From: Patescibacteria group bacterium | GTDB taxonomy: Bacteria > Patescibacteriota > Microgenomatia > Daviesbacterales > UBA10151 | Direction of reading: 5' to 3' | DNA length: 50,095 nt | Assembly: GCA_038064895.1 (NCBI GenBank) | Contig: JBBTSA010000005.1 | Coordinates: 1 to 50,095 of the forward strand | Shown here: in pieces, positions 28,130 to 37,437 of the stretch | How the letters are laid out: each line of letters opens with the position of its first letter | How positions within the stretch are numbered: the stretch's first letter is position 1 | Program-made: the position numbers and the translations under genes | The notes under the pieces: model-generated | The model's input: the letters and a program-made list of their open reading frames with translations, nothing else | Told to the model about the DNA's origin: nothing | Database searches by the model: none

Positions 28130-29196
28130 ACCCTGGCTGCTTCTTTTGCTGTGATCATAAGAGGCGGTAAAACCTCTCCTGTTAATTCAATTTGCAAAAC
28201 ATCAAAACTAAAATTTTCTTTCTCAAGCTCCAAAGTATATACGCCATTAGGCAAGGGAGTGGAGCCTGTGAATTGACCCAGTCTGTTAGTTTTTAACGCT
28301 CTGACAGGTAAACCTTCCTTATCATGAATTACCGCAATCACTCCTTCCAGATAGTTTCCGCTGTTGTCTTTTGTAATACCGTTTATTACATTAGGGAAAG
28401 TAGTTAAAGCCACCTGCTGGGGTTTTGGTTTAGTGAGCATGACAATCTTTACGACCTTGGGCATCTCTAACGGCTTAGCTCTCTCTTTCTCGGGGCCTGC
28501 AATAACATCAAGCTGTCCCTTTATTTGGGATGCCTCCATCATCAACTTTTGCAAATTTGAGAGGATATCATTTACTTGATTTGTATAATCAATAGGTATG
28601 GGTGTTGGTTTTTGAGCCTCGGATCTAATCTGGCTTAAAGTTCTTTCTGTCTGGATAATCTGCATCTGCAGGTTTTGTGCCTCTCTTGCCAGATCAACTG
28701 TTTTTTTAAGTTCATCCGGGGTCGGAAGGTCGGAAGGAGCAGAGGTGGGAGGGATGGATGTGGGAAATGGGACAGCCGAAGGGGTAGAGATTTGAGTCGG
28801 CTGCTCGCCTCGTGAAGCCTCGCCGAAGGTGGGCGAAGCGGGTAAACTTGAAAGATAAGTTATATACCGGCTTTGGAACAGCGGATCCTCTTTGTAAATC
28901 TTATTATTTTTACGCCATACCCTTTTTGTTGGGGAGTATATTGTTTTTAGGAATGCTGCCAGCCAATAATCCAAAGGCCTTGAGCCTACCCCCAAAAAGG
29001 CAAAAGCAGCGCCTAAAGAAGCAAAGATAAGAATCAAGGGCCAGGCCAAAAGAGGGTAAGGTGCTGCAAAAAATACAAAGATAATGTAGGCTAAAGTTGA
29101 ACCGGTTGCCAAATAGACAAACTGTTTTAAGGTCATGTCTCCAATTAGCCTGAACTCAAATGATGAGATATTTTGCGGGATAGGGTGGGGTTCCAT
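28126..29196 (-). CDS. prgI: PrgI-family (VirB3-like) protein with C-terminal beta-sandwich domain
   Basis: HPIPQNISSFEFRLIGDMTLKQF, two TMs, RPLD.W, P..RVW. Confidence 0.85.
   Translation of the reverse strand: MEPHPIPQNISSFEFRLIGDMTLKQFVYLATGSTLAYIIFVFFAAPYPLLAWPLILIFASLGAAFAFLGVGSRPLDYWLAAFLKTIYSPTKRVWRKNNKIYKEDPLFQSRYITYLSSLPASPTFGEASRGEQPTQISTPSAVPFPTSIPPTSAPSDLPTPDELKKTVDLAREAQNLQMQIIQTERTLSQIRSEAQKPTPIPIDYTNQVNDILSNLQKLMMEASQIKGQLDVIAGPEKERAKPLEMPKVVKIVMLTKPKPQQVALTTFPNVINGITKDNSGNYLEGVIAVIHDKEGLPVRALKTNRLGQFTGSTPLPNGVYTLELEKENFSFDVLQIELTGEVLPPLMITAKEAARV
28803..28842. repeat. Nested palindromic element, in frame in prgI
   Basis: Minus strand cccgcttcgcccaccttcggcgaggcttcacgaggcgagc = PASPTFGEASRGE. 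Confidence 0.8.
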
Positions 29197-29346
29197 AAAA
29201 TAGGTTATACAGCGTGAAAAACTACAAGTCTAGTAGTAAAAAATGGATCAATTCAGAATAATTCAGAACAAATCAGCTAAAATCAGATAGATCGGACAAT
29301 AGATAGATCAGAAGTATCAGATAGACCGGAATGTTATACTAAAAGT

Positions 29347-29427
29347 ATGATTTATGATGTTACTGACCTAGATGTTTATAATCGTGCTATAGGAGCATTA
29401 GATCTGGTTTATCCGGCCTCTCCATAA
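29347..29427 (+). pseudogene. Truncated four-helix-bundle gene flanked by oppositely oriented short repeats
   Basis: TATACT-N6-ATG; MIYDVTDLDVYNRAIGALDLVYPASP*; (a)tcaga/tcgga repeats upstream, tccga/tctga repeats downstream. Confidence 0.6.
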
Positions 29428-29507
29428 TCCGATACACTGATTTCATCCGATCTTTTCTGAAGTTTCTGAACTTACTCTCGTCAGGATTCTATCAGAATTA
29501 AATCAAG

Positions 29508-29580
29508 CAGTTCGACTTCGCTCACTGTAAACTTGTGGACAAAAGATCAGATTTTGAAAATCCTGAGCATAGTCGAAGGA
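29508..29580. repeat. Inverted pair of ttcgac..gctca palindromic elements
   Basis: cagttcgacttcgctcactg and tcctgagcatagtcgaagga. Confidence 0.8.
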
Positions 29581-29645
29581 TTGACAGCTGATCTTTGGAA
29601 GTTCTATGCTAAAAATGCCATAGAATTTCCTGAAAGGAAAAATAT

Positions 29646-32600
29646 ATGGCACAAGAACGTATGGCAGAAGAAACATCAGGACCAGGTACAGAAGGACCCC
29701 CTCAGGCAGGGGGAAGTCCTGATATCCAAAGATCAATAGCAGGCCCGGATGCTCCCAGCTGGGGTGGAGCAGATGCAAATCCCCCGGCATGGGGTGGCCA
29801 AAACCCTTTGGAGACCCTTAGAGGCCAGCTTACAACTCCAGAAACTGAATTAAATCCTGAAGGGAAAAAGCCAGAAGAGGTAGTATCCATCATGCAAAGG
29901 ATAGATACAGAGGAAGCTGCTACAAGAGAAACTCATAAAGAAGTTTTCCAGCAGGCTTGTGATGTTTTGAAGACTTATGCTCACAAAAGTAAGCTTCTTG
30001 ATTTAGACACAAAGACTATAAACCTGGAAAGAGAGCTTGATAGAGCTGATCAAGCTGTAATTGATCAAGTTGATACTCAAAACCCACGGCAAGGTATGGT
30101 TCTACAAGGACTACTAGATAGTCTTGATTCTACGGAGGAGGAATTAACTAGAGTAGTCAATACCTTAGGGGATGATCAATATGAAGGATTATTCTCAAAA
30201 GAAGGTTGGGAGCAGTTCAAGAAAACAAGAGAAAAACTTCAACAGGAAAAAACTAATTTTGAGCAACAGATAACCGGTATGACACCTCAGAACTTTCTGG
30301 CCGAGAGAAATCAGAAAAAAAATGCCATAAGGCAGGCAAAAGAAAAAGCGGTGGAAGACGACAGGGTAGATAGAGAGAAAGCCATAAAAGAGCAGCGCGC
30401 AGAACCTGAAAAATGGGAGTTAGAGTTAGAACAATTGCTCCTTCAAGATGCTGAACCTACCATAACACAACCTGGTAAAACAACTTTTGCCGAGCAATTG
30501 GAGTTTTTCCGAGAACAGCAAAAATTGAAGGATACAGGAGATCCTAATTTTCAACAACAAGATTTGGATCAAGCAAGAGAAGGCTTAAGCTGGTATTTGC
30601 ATCAGGCAAGGAGAGTGGGAGTTTTTGATGATTTAGAGGAGAGGCTGGATCATAAATATCAGGAATGGGCTAGCAGTTTATTGCCTCATCGCGAGATGAG
30701 CCAACTGGATATGCTGACAGATTCACCGGGCCGTTTAACCCAGAAAACTTTTGCCGAGATAGAAGATGAAATTATTGAATATTTTAGCGCTCTTTTGGAC
30801 AATAATAAATCTCAATATGTGGAGCATTCCGCACGCTGGGATCTTCTTCAAAGAAGAGGGCTAACATCTGCAGCAAGACAAGCCTTGCAAGGAATTAGAG
30901 GGGAATTTATCAAAAGGGCTCAAGCCCAAATTGAGGATTCTCTTTTAAACTTTGACCTGCCGGATAGGATTTCCGGTGAGTGGAATGTTCACAGAATAGA
31001 AAGAGTGATTACAGAGAGAAGAGAAAGACAGGCCTTAGAGGCAGGAATTGAACCTTGGTTTAGAGAAGAATCTTATTACAGGATCAAATTACTTGGAAAT
31101 ACCAGACAAGAAATAGAATTGGGCGCGGATCAGGCGGCTGAAAACATTACCCAAAGCGCTACCACCTTTGATATTAGCGCTATCCAGCAAAGAATGGAGA
31201 TGTTGCTAAAAGCTTTAAGAGAAAAATCAACTGACTTACAAAGAAGTGAAAGAATTTCCAAAAAAGATGCGGATGATTTAATTGTACAGATGGAGGATTC
31301 AGTCACTAATAAAATTGATTTTTTCATATTAAACTGGGCTGGGGAGAATCTACAAATGGATTTATTCAATTCATTTTTAGAACAAAGGATGCGTATTCGG
31401 GGAGTTGAAAAATTAAGACAGATGCCTTCTATGAATGACGGTCTAGTGGGTATAGCATTATCACTGCTGCTTTCGGACCAGTACAGACTCTATTACAGAC
31501 CTCAAGGCTTTAAAGGTCAATTGTTTGATGATGATACAACCCATAAATATCTTCGCGACTTACTGGAAGAGCAGCTTATAAGCAAATTAATGGAGTATGA
31601 GTTAAAAGGAGGAATTGATGAAAAAACAGGTAGAGAGGATGAAGAAAGAACCCGCGCTAGAGCAAATTTAACCACAGTGACTACAGCGGATCAATTTTTA
31701 TCAAATTTTGAGCGTAGAGAGGCTCCTGATATAAGATTAAAGCGAATCAGCGAAGATTATAAACAAGACTCTAAGGAAGTAGAGGGAAAAAAGGAAAACA
31801 ATCAAGCTACTTTTGAAGACCTAGCAAGGCTGAGAGTAGCACGGAAAGTATTAGCTTCGGAACAAAGCAGATTTCAGGAAGTGAAGAGAAGGGCTACCAG
31901 TGCTTTTGGTATTGCAGCTCAAGTGATGAATATATTTGGTGAAGCAGCGGAGCTTGGATCTCCATCAATTAAAATGGACAACGGTGATTATATAAGAGTA
32001 GATGATGCCGTTTTATTTTATAAATACGTTATCTTGCAGGCTGCTAAGGAGTACGGAGAGCAATACGGCGCAGAGGATAATTTAGCGTTTATCAGGTGGA
32101 GAAGCAGAATGTGGATTGATAGGTGGAAAAACGCCGGATTAAATAGAGCAAATACTGATAATAAGTTTCACATAACTCTAACCAATGGTAGAACAATACC
32201 AATTGAGTTGCAGAGAGGATTTGAAGAAACAGGATTAAGTAAGGAAGAATGGAGCGCTTTTCAGGATGCGGTAAAGAAAATAAGAGAGAGTGGCTATAAT
32301 GCGACAATTAAAATAAAAGTTAGACAGCAAGACGGCACGTATCAGGAAGAGGAGAAAAGGTTTGAAGAAATTATTAAGATGGATAGTCTTAGGCCGGTTA
32401 ATAATAATTTCCTGGCTGATTATAAATCATCCGAAAGCCAGATTAATAACGAGGTGGTATTGGAACAGGTGGCCAAGGGTAAACTGCCAGCCATAAGAAA
32501 TGTACTTAGAAGATTGGGATTAACCGGAAGGCAGGGTATTGAAGGTAATACCACGCAACAAAGAATTGATAATCTGACCCAGATGATTGAGGATTCCCGG

Positions 32601-33659
32601 TCTTTGTATGCTGAATTGGAAAGACTTGCCTATTTTGAAGCAACTCATGGATTGCCAACAGAGGAAATACTAGATCCCAGGATGCTTCCTTTTTCAGCAG
32701 ACAGAATTGACTATGGTTTTCAAAATCAGTCTTGGGGAGTAAAAAGACTGCATTATCTTAAGGCCTTTTGGTATACCAATTTGAGAAGAACAGTCCCAAG
32801 AGGAGTAGATTTAATACATGCCATGCCATTTTCAATGGGTAGCCTTTCCCAGGAAATGACTTTTGAAAATATTCTGGAGCTTGCATTAAACGTCAATACT
32901 AAAACAAATGGTATGGAATCTGTTGATAATCCCGCGCTTACTATGTTTGCTGATAGGCATAAAGATTTGGTTTATCTAAGAACTAGCTCAGAGGGAGGGG
33001 TAGATTTGGAGAAGGGTAGAATATGGGGGTTTCTAGAAAAACTATTAGTGGATGCTAATGCTTTATGGGCTGTAATTGAAGGGGTTATGCCCGGTGTTAC
33101 ACCTGAGCAAGCTGTACTCATGTTGACCCGTGGTCTAAAGGAGCTTACTGAAAATAACAAGGAAAAGATTGTAAATGCATTATGGAATGAAGGTAGAGGA
33201 CATCTTGGCAGGTTTGCTCCGATTGTTCAGGGTACTGAAAAATTATATGGGGAAGACAGACAAGCCTTATCTTCCGGTGCAGGATTTGACGAGAATGAAA
33301 AGTTTGCTTTAAGGTTTTTAGAATGGCTGCTTTCAGAAAAAAGAGCAACTGAGGAGCATGCTGAAAGAGAAGAAGCTGGTATGGAAGCTTATTCTGAAGT
33401 TGCAGATATCATTAGATTTATAACAAGTCCTGGTTCATATAGAGCAGTATACAAAACAGCAGACGGTAGGAGTGTACATAAAGTAGTAGATAAGGAGGTG
33501 TATAGAGTAGAAGGAGATCATCAGGAATTTACAAAAGATAAGCTGGTTTTAGATTTGGAAAAGAGTTTTAGTATTTGGGATGAAGTATGGAGAAAATTAA
33601 CACCAAGTCACAATATCCGCTTACCTGTCCGTGCTCCTGAACCTACATATGCAGGTTAA
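29646..33659 (+). CDS. Large hypothetical protein (1337 aa), Glu/Arg/Gln-rich
   Basis: 4-kb open frame antisense to the T4SS-like locus; no TM or motif recognised. Confidence 0.85.
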   Translation: MAQERMAEETSGPGTEGPPQAGGSPDIQRSIAGPDAPSWGGADANPPAWGGQNPLETLRGQLTTPETELNPEGKKPEEVVSIMQRIDTEEAATRETHKEVFQQACDVLKTYAHKSKLLDLDTKTINLERELDRADQAVIDQVDTQNPRQGMVLQGLLDSLDSTEEELTRVVNTLGDDQYEGLFSKEGWEQFKKTREKLQQEKTNFEQQITGMTPQNFLAERNQKKNAIRQAKEKAVEDDRVDREKAIKEQRAEPEKWELELEQLLLQDAEPTITQPGKTTFAEQLEFFREQQKLKDTGDPNFQQQDLDQAREGLSWYLHQARRVGVFDDLEERLDHKYQEWASSLLPHREMSQLDMLTDSPGRLTQKTFAEIEDEIIEYFSALLDNNKSQYVEHSARWDLLQRRGLTSAARQALQGIRGEFIKRAQAQIEDSLLNFDLPDRISGEWNVHRIERVITERRERQALEAGIEPWFREESYYRIKLLGNTRQEIELGADQAAENITQSATTFDISAIQQRMEMLLKALREKSTDLQRSERISKKDADDLIVQMEDSVTNKIDFFILNWAGENLQMDLFNSFLEQRMRIRGVEKLRQMPSMNDGLVGIALSLLLSDQYRLYYRPQGFKGQLFDDDTTHKYLRDLLEEQLISKLMEYELKGGIDEKTGREDEERTRARANLTTVTTADQFLSNFERREAPDIRLKRISEDYKQDSKEVEGKKENNQATFEDLARLRVARKVLASEQSRFQEVKRRATSAFGIAAQVMNIFGEAAELGSPSIKMDNGDYIRVDDAVLFYKYVILQAAKEYGEQYGAEDNLAFIRWRSRMWIDRWKNAGLNRANTDNKFHITLTNGRTIPIELQRGFEETGLSKEEWSAFQDAVKKIRESGYNATIKIKVRQQDGTYQEEEKRFEEIIKMDSLRPVNNNFLADYKSSESQINNEVVLEQVAKGKLPAIRNVLRRLGLTGRQGIEGNTTQQRIDNLTQMIEDSRSLYAELERLAYFEATHGLPTEEILDPRMLPFSADRIDYGFQNQSWGVKRLHYLKAFWYTNLRRTVPRGVDLIHAMPFSMGSLSQEMTFENILELALNVNTKTNGMESVDNPALTMFADRHKDLVYLRTSSEGGVDLEKGRIWGFLEKLLVDANALWAVIEGVMPGVTPEQAVLMLTRGLKELTENNKEKIVNALWNEGRGHLGRFAPIVQGTEKLYGEDRQALSSGAGFDENEKFALRFLEWLLSEKRATEEHAEREEAGMEAYSEVADIIRFITSPGSYRAVYKTADGRSVHKVVDKEVYRVEGDHQEFTKDKLVLDLEKSFSIWDEVWRKLTPSHNIRLPVRAPEPTYAG

Positions 33660-33663
33660 TACT

Positions 33664-35481
33664 TTATCGAATCCGGACAGGCTGTTGTCTCCTTAATGCT
33701 CCAGCTATACCAGGTTTTCGATAAACATAATATCCCAGCGGATCATTTGGTGCTGGTATAATCTCATATGTATCCCCAAGAGATTGGCCTAAAGGACCGA
33801 GGGCCCTGCCTGTTTGTCCTGGAGCAGCCCCTAATCTTCCGGCATAACCTTGCCCGGCTCTGGTTGATCCAGAAATTTCTTGACCAATCAATTGCCCTGC
33901 TTGACCCATTCTTCCAATTGTTCTGTTTATTATATCAGGAATGGCAGGGGTTGCCAGTAAGGCTCCATAAGCTAATAAAATTCTAATGAAATTTAGATCT
34001 AATCCACCAAAAAGCGGCAGTGTTTGGGGTCCGGCTACTCCTGGGCTTGCAGTAATTCCAAATAATTGCCCTGGTGCAGTATTTGTTCCCCAAAGATAAG
34101 CCACAAAATAGAAAACCGCAAAAACTGCCGGGAAAGCCAAAACATTAGCCAGCATATTTAATATCCAGTTTGTTGCAACCCCTTGTCTCCCTGGGAGTGC
34201 AGCTGCTAAGAATTGGAAAGGAGCGGTTACTGTTAGGAAGATGATACTTAAGAAGCTATTAATCAGACGAAGTAAGAGTTTAAACATGGCATAGATTAAA
34301 ACCGCTATTGCAACAAAATAAATAACAAGACTGAAAGTAAAAGTAGGATTGGCAAAAGCGGGGATTCCTAAGACACTTCCCCCAATAACTTGGCCGGCAA
34401 GCCCTGTTAACATGCCACAAAACGGGGCAATTGCAGCACCGATACCTCCTGCCGGTGCCGTTAAAGTACCTGCCACAGCAGCACAAATTCCTGCACCACC
34501 AAGGCTCCCAATAGGTCCTCCTATTGAAGCTCCTGTTTGGAAACCTATTACTCCAGCCAGAAGCCTAATCCAAAACTGAACCCCGCCATCTAAACTATTA
34601 AAAACCGAACCTAAAGCACCCGATATATCTCCAACACTAAGCATACCCACAAATTTACTAAAAATTGTTCCCACATTATCTCCAGCAATATCTTGAGCAA
34701 GTTTTGGAGGCGAGCCTGTTTGTGCAGCACTGAAATAATGCCCCACAACGTTAACTCCCAAAAATGCAGTGTCAGTAAGTAAGGCTGCAAAGAAGTAGGA
34801 GAAAGTTATTAGGATAAGGCCAATTACAAGGCCTGGTAAGGCTGCTTGGGCTGTAATTACTGTTTGGGGATTTATTCTTTGCCTAAACATTACCATAAAG
34901 CCAATGATTACAAAAATTATTATCATAATTACATAAGAAATGTTTCTTGAAACCTGCCAGAGTTTTAAAATAGGACTTAAAACCTGGGCTCCTGAACCAA
35001 CAACTTGGGCATGAGCTGGTTTTACAATTCCTAAGCCTTCTCCAACTGATGCCAGATAATCTATGGTTCTAACCGGAGGATTCATATAAAGACCTGCTAT
35101 AAGACCTGTTGTTGCCCCTAAAAGGCCTCCGGATAAGTTAGCTGATGAAAGTATTGGTACTCCCTGAATTGCTCCCTGGGCATTTTGGGTAATCTGATAA
35201 GTAAGACATGGCTGGCCAATTATGGATGAACCAATAGAGAGACAGGAGAAAGTATGGAATAGGTTATGAACTAAAAGATCAGTATAGATGGGGGAGGTAG
35301 GAGGAATTGAGGATGGAAGCTGGAAACTGGAAGCTGGATTTTGAAGCTGGAGGGTAGAAGACGGAGTGGAGGATTGGGCATGGACAGGACTAGGTAAACT
35401 CAAAACGCAAATGTTAAATGTCAAAACTATAACTAAAAATCTCAAAACTTTTGAGATTTGAAATTTGAGATTTTGCAGCAT
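33664..35481 (-). CDS. VirB6/TrbL-like polytopic membrane protein
   Basis: Multiple TMs; WQVSRNISY...GFMVMFR...QT; TVTAPF..L..ALPG...W...LA..LAFP. Confidence 0.7.
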   Translation of the reverse strand: MLQNLKFQISKVLRFLVIVLTFNICVLSLPSPVHAQSSTPSSTLQLQNPASSFQLPSSIPPTSPIYTDLLVHNLFHTFSCLSIGSSIIGQPCLTYQITQNAQGAIQGVPILSSANLSGGLLGATTGLIAGLYMNPPVRTIDYLASVGEGLGIVKPAHAQVVGSGAQVLSPILKLWQVSRNISYVIMIIIFVIIGFMVMFRQRINPQTVITAQAALPGLVIGLILITFSYFFAALLTDTAFLGVNVVGHYFSAAQTGSPPKLAQDIAGDNVGTIFSKFVGMLSVGDISGALGSVFNSLDGGVQFWIRLLAGVIGFQTGASIGGPIGSLGGAGICAAVAGTLTAPAGGIGAAIAPFCGMLTGLAGQVIGGSVLGIPAFANPTFTFSLVIYFVAIAVLIYAMFKLLLRLINSFLSIIFLTVTAPFQFLAAALPGRQGVATNWILNMLANVLAFPAVFAVFYFVAYLWGTNTAPGQLFGITASPGVAGPQTLPLFGGLDLNFIRILLAYGALLATPAIPDIINRTIGRMGQAGQLIGQEISGSTRAGQGYAGRLGAAPGQTGRALGPLGQSLGDTYEIIPAPNDPLGYYVYRKPGIAGALRRQQPVRIR

Positions 35482-35520
35482 ATCTTAAGAGTAAAACAAA
35501 ATGATTAACTTTTGCAAGTT

Positions 35521-35844
35521 TTATGGTTGGCACCAGTCTTTACCTCCTGGCACAATTATGCATAGAGCTCTTATATTAAAAACCGTAACCTCTATTCCTG
35601 TAAATGTTTGGATAAGCTGTAGAATAATCCAGGCTATTGCTAAAAATAATATCCCTAAAAGAGCCCATGTTACTGTTAAATGGGCCGCTTGTATTGCTTT
35701 TGGTTCCCCACCTGAAGTTATATATTTTATTCCTGCAAATATAAGCAGAACAAGGGTAGCTATAAATCCCAAGCCAACAACAACAGAAACTAAAGAAGAA
35801 AAAACCTGTTCAATTTCAGCTAAACCTGCAGGGTCAGGGCCCAT
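35521..35844 (-). CDS. VirB2/TrbC-like pilin
   Basis: LIFAGIKYITSGGEPKAIQAAH.T.TWALLG. Confidence 0.85.
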   Translation of the reverse strand: MGPDPAGLAEIEQVFSSLVSVVVGLGFIATLVLLIFAGIKYITSGGEPKAIQAAHLTVTWALLGILFLAIAWIILQLIQTFTGIEVTVFNIRALCIIVPGGKDWCQP

Positions 35845-35846
35845 AT

Positions 35847-36239
35847 TTATGGAGCTGGAGTAGGTATTTTGAAATCAAGGACATTAAAGCCCAGGAACTG
35901 GCCTGCTACCTGGAATAGTGCAAAAGCTATTGCCAAAATAGCAAGACCGACTAAAGCATTAATAATTCTTCCCCTTGCTTTTCCAACGGCATCCTTGTCT
36001 CCGCCTGATGTTATCCACTCAAATGCTCCCCAAACAAGCATAAAAAGTACAACAATGACTGCTACGATAAAAAGCAAAGCCAGAGTATTTTGAATAAAAT
36101 TACCCAAAGTACCAAAGCCTACAGGCTTGCCGTCAATTACAGGTCTTTCTATTTTAATTTGTCCAGGATCTTGAGCAAAAGCTGGCATACCAGTAAGAAG
36201 ATATAAAAAGGTAGAGGCTATGGAAACTATTTTTTTCAT
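35847..36239 (-). CDS. VirB2/TrbC-like pilin (candidate major pilin)
   Basis: Signal peptide; LVWGAFEWITSGGDKDAVGKARGRIINALVG; own TTGACA-N18-TAAGAT promoter at 36278-36249. Confidence 0.88.
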   Translation of the reverse strand: MKKIVSIASTFLYLLTGMPAFAQDPGQIKIERPVIDGKPVGFGTLGNFIQNTLALLFIVAVIVVLFMLVWGAFEWITSGGDKDAVGKARGRIINALVGLAILAIAFALFQVAGQFLGFNVLDFKIPTPAP

Positions 36240-36287
36240 TGCATCTTAATCTTACTCATAGAGAAATTTACTTGTCAAGTCCTTACT

Positions 36288-36710
36288 TCAAGGAGTAAAG
36301 AATTTGAAGCCTGTAAACTGACCCAAGATCTGAATAATTGCATATGCTGCGGCAAAAAGAAGAATTCCTACAACTGCATTTATTATTTTATCCCTTGCTC
36401 TGGCAATTTTTTCCTTATCACCTTCTGAAGTCATCCAGTCAAATGCTCCCCAAAGGATCATAAAGATAAAAACTATTGCAGCAATAACATAAATAAGCCT
36501 AACCAGATTAGTTAAAAATTGACTGATCCCTGCTGTACCTGATGGATCTGGTGCAGTGAAAGGTATAAGTGCAGGAGGAGGACTTATGGTGCCAAACTTA
36601 CACTCAACGCGGTCTTTATCAGCTCCAGTGCAATCCAAAGCAGAAACAGAGGGAGTAAATACTGAAAGAAAAAAATAAATAAATATAGTTATTGTAATAA
36701 GAATTTTCAT
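36288..36710 (-). CDS. VirB2/TrbC-like pilin
   Basis: ILWGAFDWMTSEGDKEKIARARDKIINAVVG. Confidence 0.88.
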   Translation of the reverse strand: MKILITITIFIYFFLSVFTPSVSALDCTGADKDRVECKFGTISPPPALIPFTAPDPSGTAGISQFLTNLVRLIYVIAAIVFIFMILWGAFDWMTSEGDKEKIARARDKIINAVVGILLFAAAYAIIQILGQFTGFKFFTP

Positions 36711-37114
36711 CCGATTAATCTTAATTCATTTATACCAAACAACTTAGATAATAAAAACTGTATTATTAGAAAAGCAAATATTAAGATTAGAAACCCAATT
36801 ATTGCATGGTTTATCATATTTCTTGCTCTTTCAATCTCTTCTTTATTCCCTCCTGCCTTAAGATAAAAAAAAGCTCCAATTAGAAAATATATTATAACTA
36901 TTGCGGTAGTAACCTCAAATGCCGGAACAACAAGCTTTGAGGTTGCCTCACCAAGGGAACGGATATCTCCGAAGCCGAATTTCTCGCCGATAGGTACTGG
37001 AGATTGAGCATGACTAGGGTATAGGGTATAGGGTATAGGGTATAGAAAAATAAATGCTAGTAAAAAAATTGTTATTAAGCTAAACCCTAACCCCCAAACC
37101 CTAGTTCCTTTCAT
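36707..37114 (-). CDS. VirB2/TrbC-like pilin
   Basis: LIGAFFYLKAGGNKEEIERARNMINHAIIG; start MKGTRV at 37114 (TGATG overlap). Confidence 0.85.
   Translation of the reverse strand: MKGTRVWGLGFSLITIFLLAFIFLYPIPYTLYPSHAQSPVPIGEKFGFGDIRSLGEATSKLVVPAFEVTTAIVIIYFLIGAFFYLKAGGNKEEIERARNMINHAIIGFLILIFAFLIIQFLLSKLFGINELRLIG
37015..37045 (-). repeat. (CTATACC)x4 heptamer tract in a signal peptide
   Basis: Encodes LYPIPYTLYP; identical tract at 40191-40221. Confidence 0.92.
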
Positions 37115-37425
37115 CAAAATGGTAGTCCTCCTTTCGCCGGAAAAATCTGTCCCGCATATGTAGCTATAGTATAAGCCATTACTGTTACCAAAAGCCCAAT
37201 TAAAGCCCATTTTATTTTTTCCCTGGCTTTTGCCAGGTTTTCCTTTTCCCCGCTGGCAAAAATATATGCCCAGGCTCCCCAGATAAGATAATAAAAGCTT
37301 AAAAAAGCGGCAATAAATATGGAAATATTTAAAAGGCCGGAAACAAGAGCTCCCAAGTCTGGAATCTGTGGAACAGGATTATCTATATCCTCACCGCCGG
37401 GAAGTTTTAAAGCCAATTTGTTCAT
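37114..37425 (-). CDS. VirB2/TrbC-like pilin
   Basis: LIWGAWAYIFASGEKENLAKAREKIKWALIG. Confidence 0.85.
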   Translation of the reverse strand: MNKLALKLPGGEDIDNPVPQIPDLGALVSGLLNISIFIAAFLSFYYLIWGAWAYIFASGEKENLAKAREKIKWALIGLLVTVMAYTIATYAGQIFPAKGGLPF

Positions 37426-37437
37426 AGCGACTCTCTT

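Noticed and set aside
29248-29470. Short repeats as a CRISPR array
   Set aside because: Units are about 7-10 nt, degenerate and lack unique spacers.
29503-29790. Short ORFs 29503-29790 (-) and 29533-29739 (+)
   Set aside because: They overlap palindromic repeats and the start of the 1337-aa gene and show no protein-like features.
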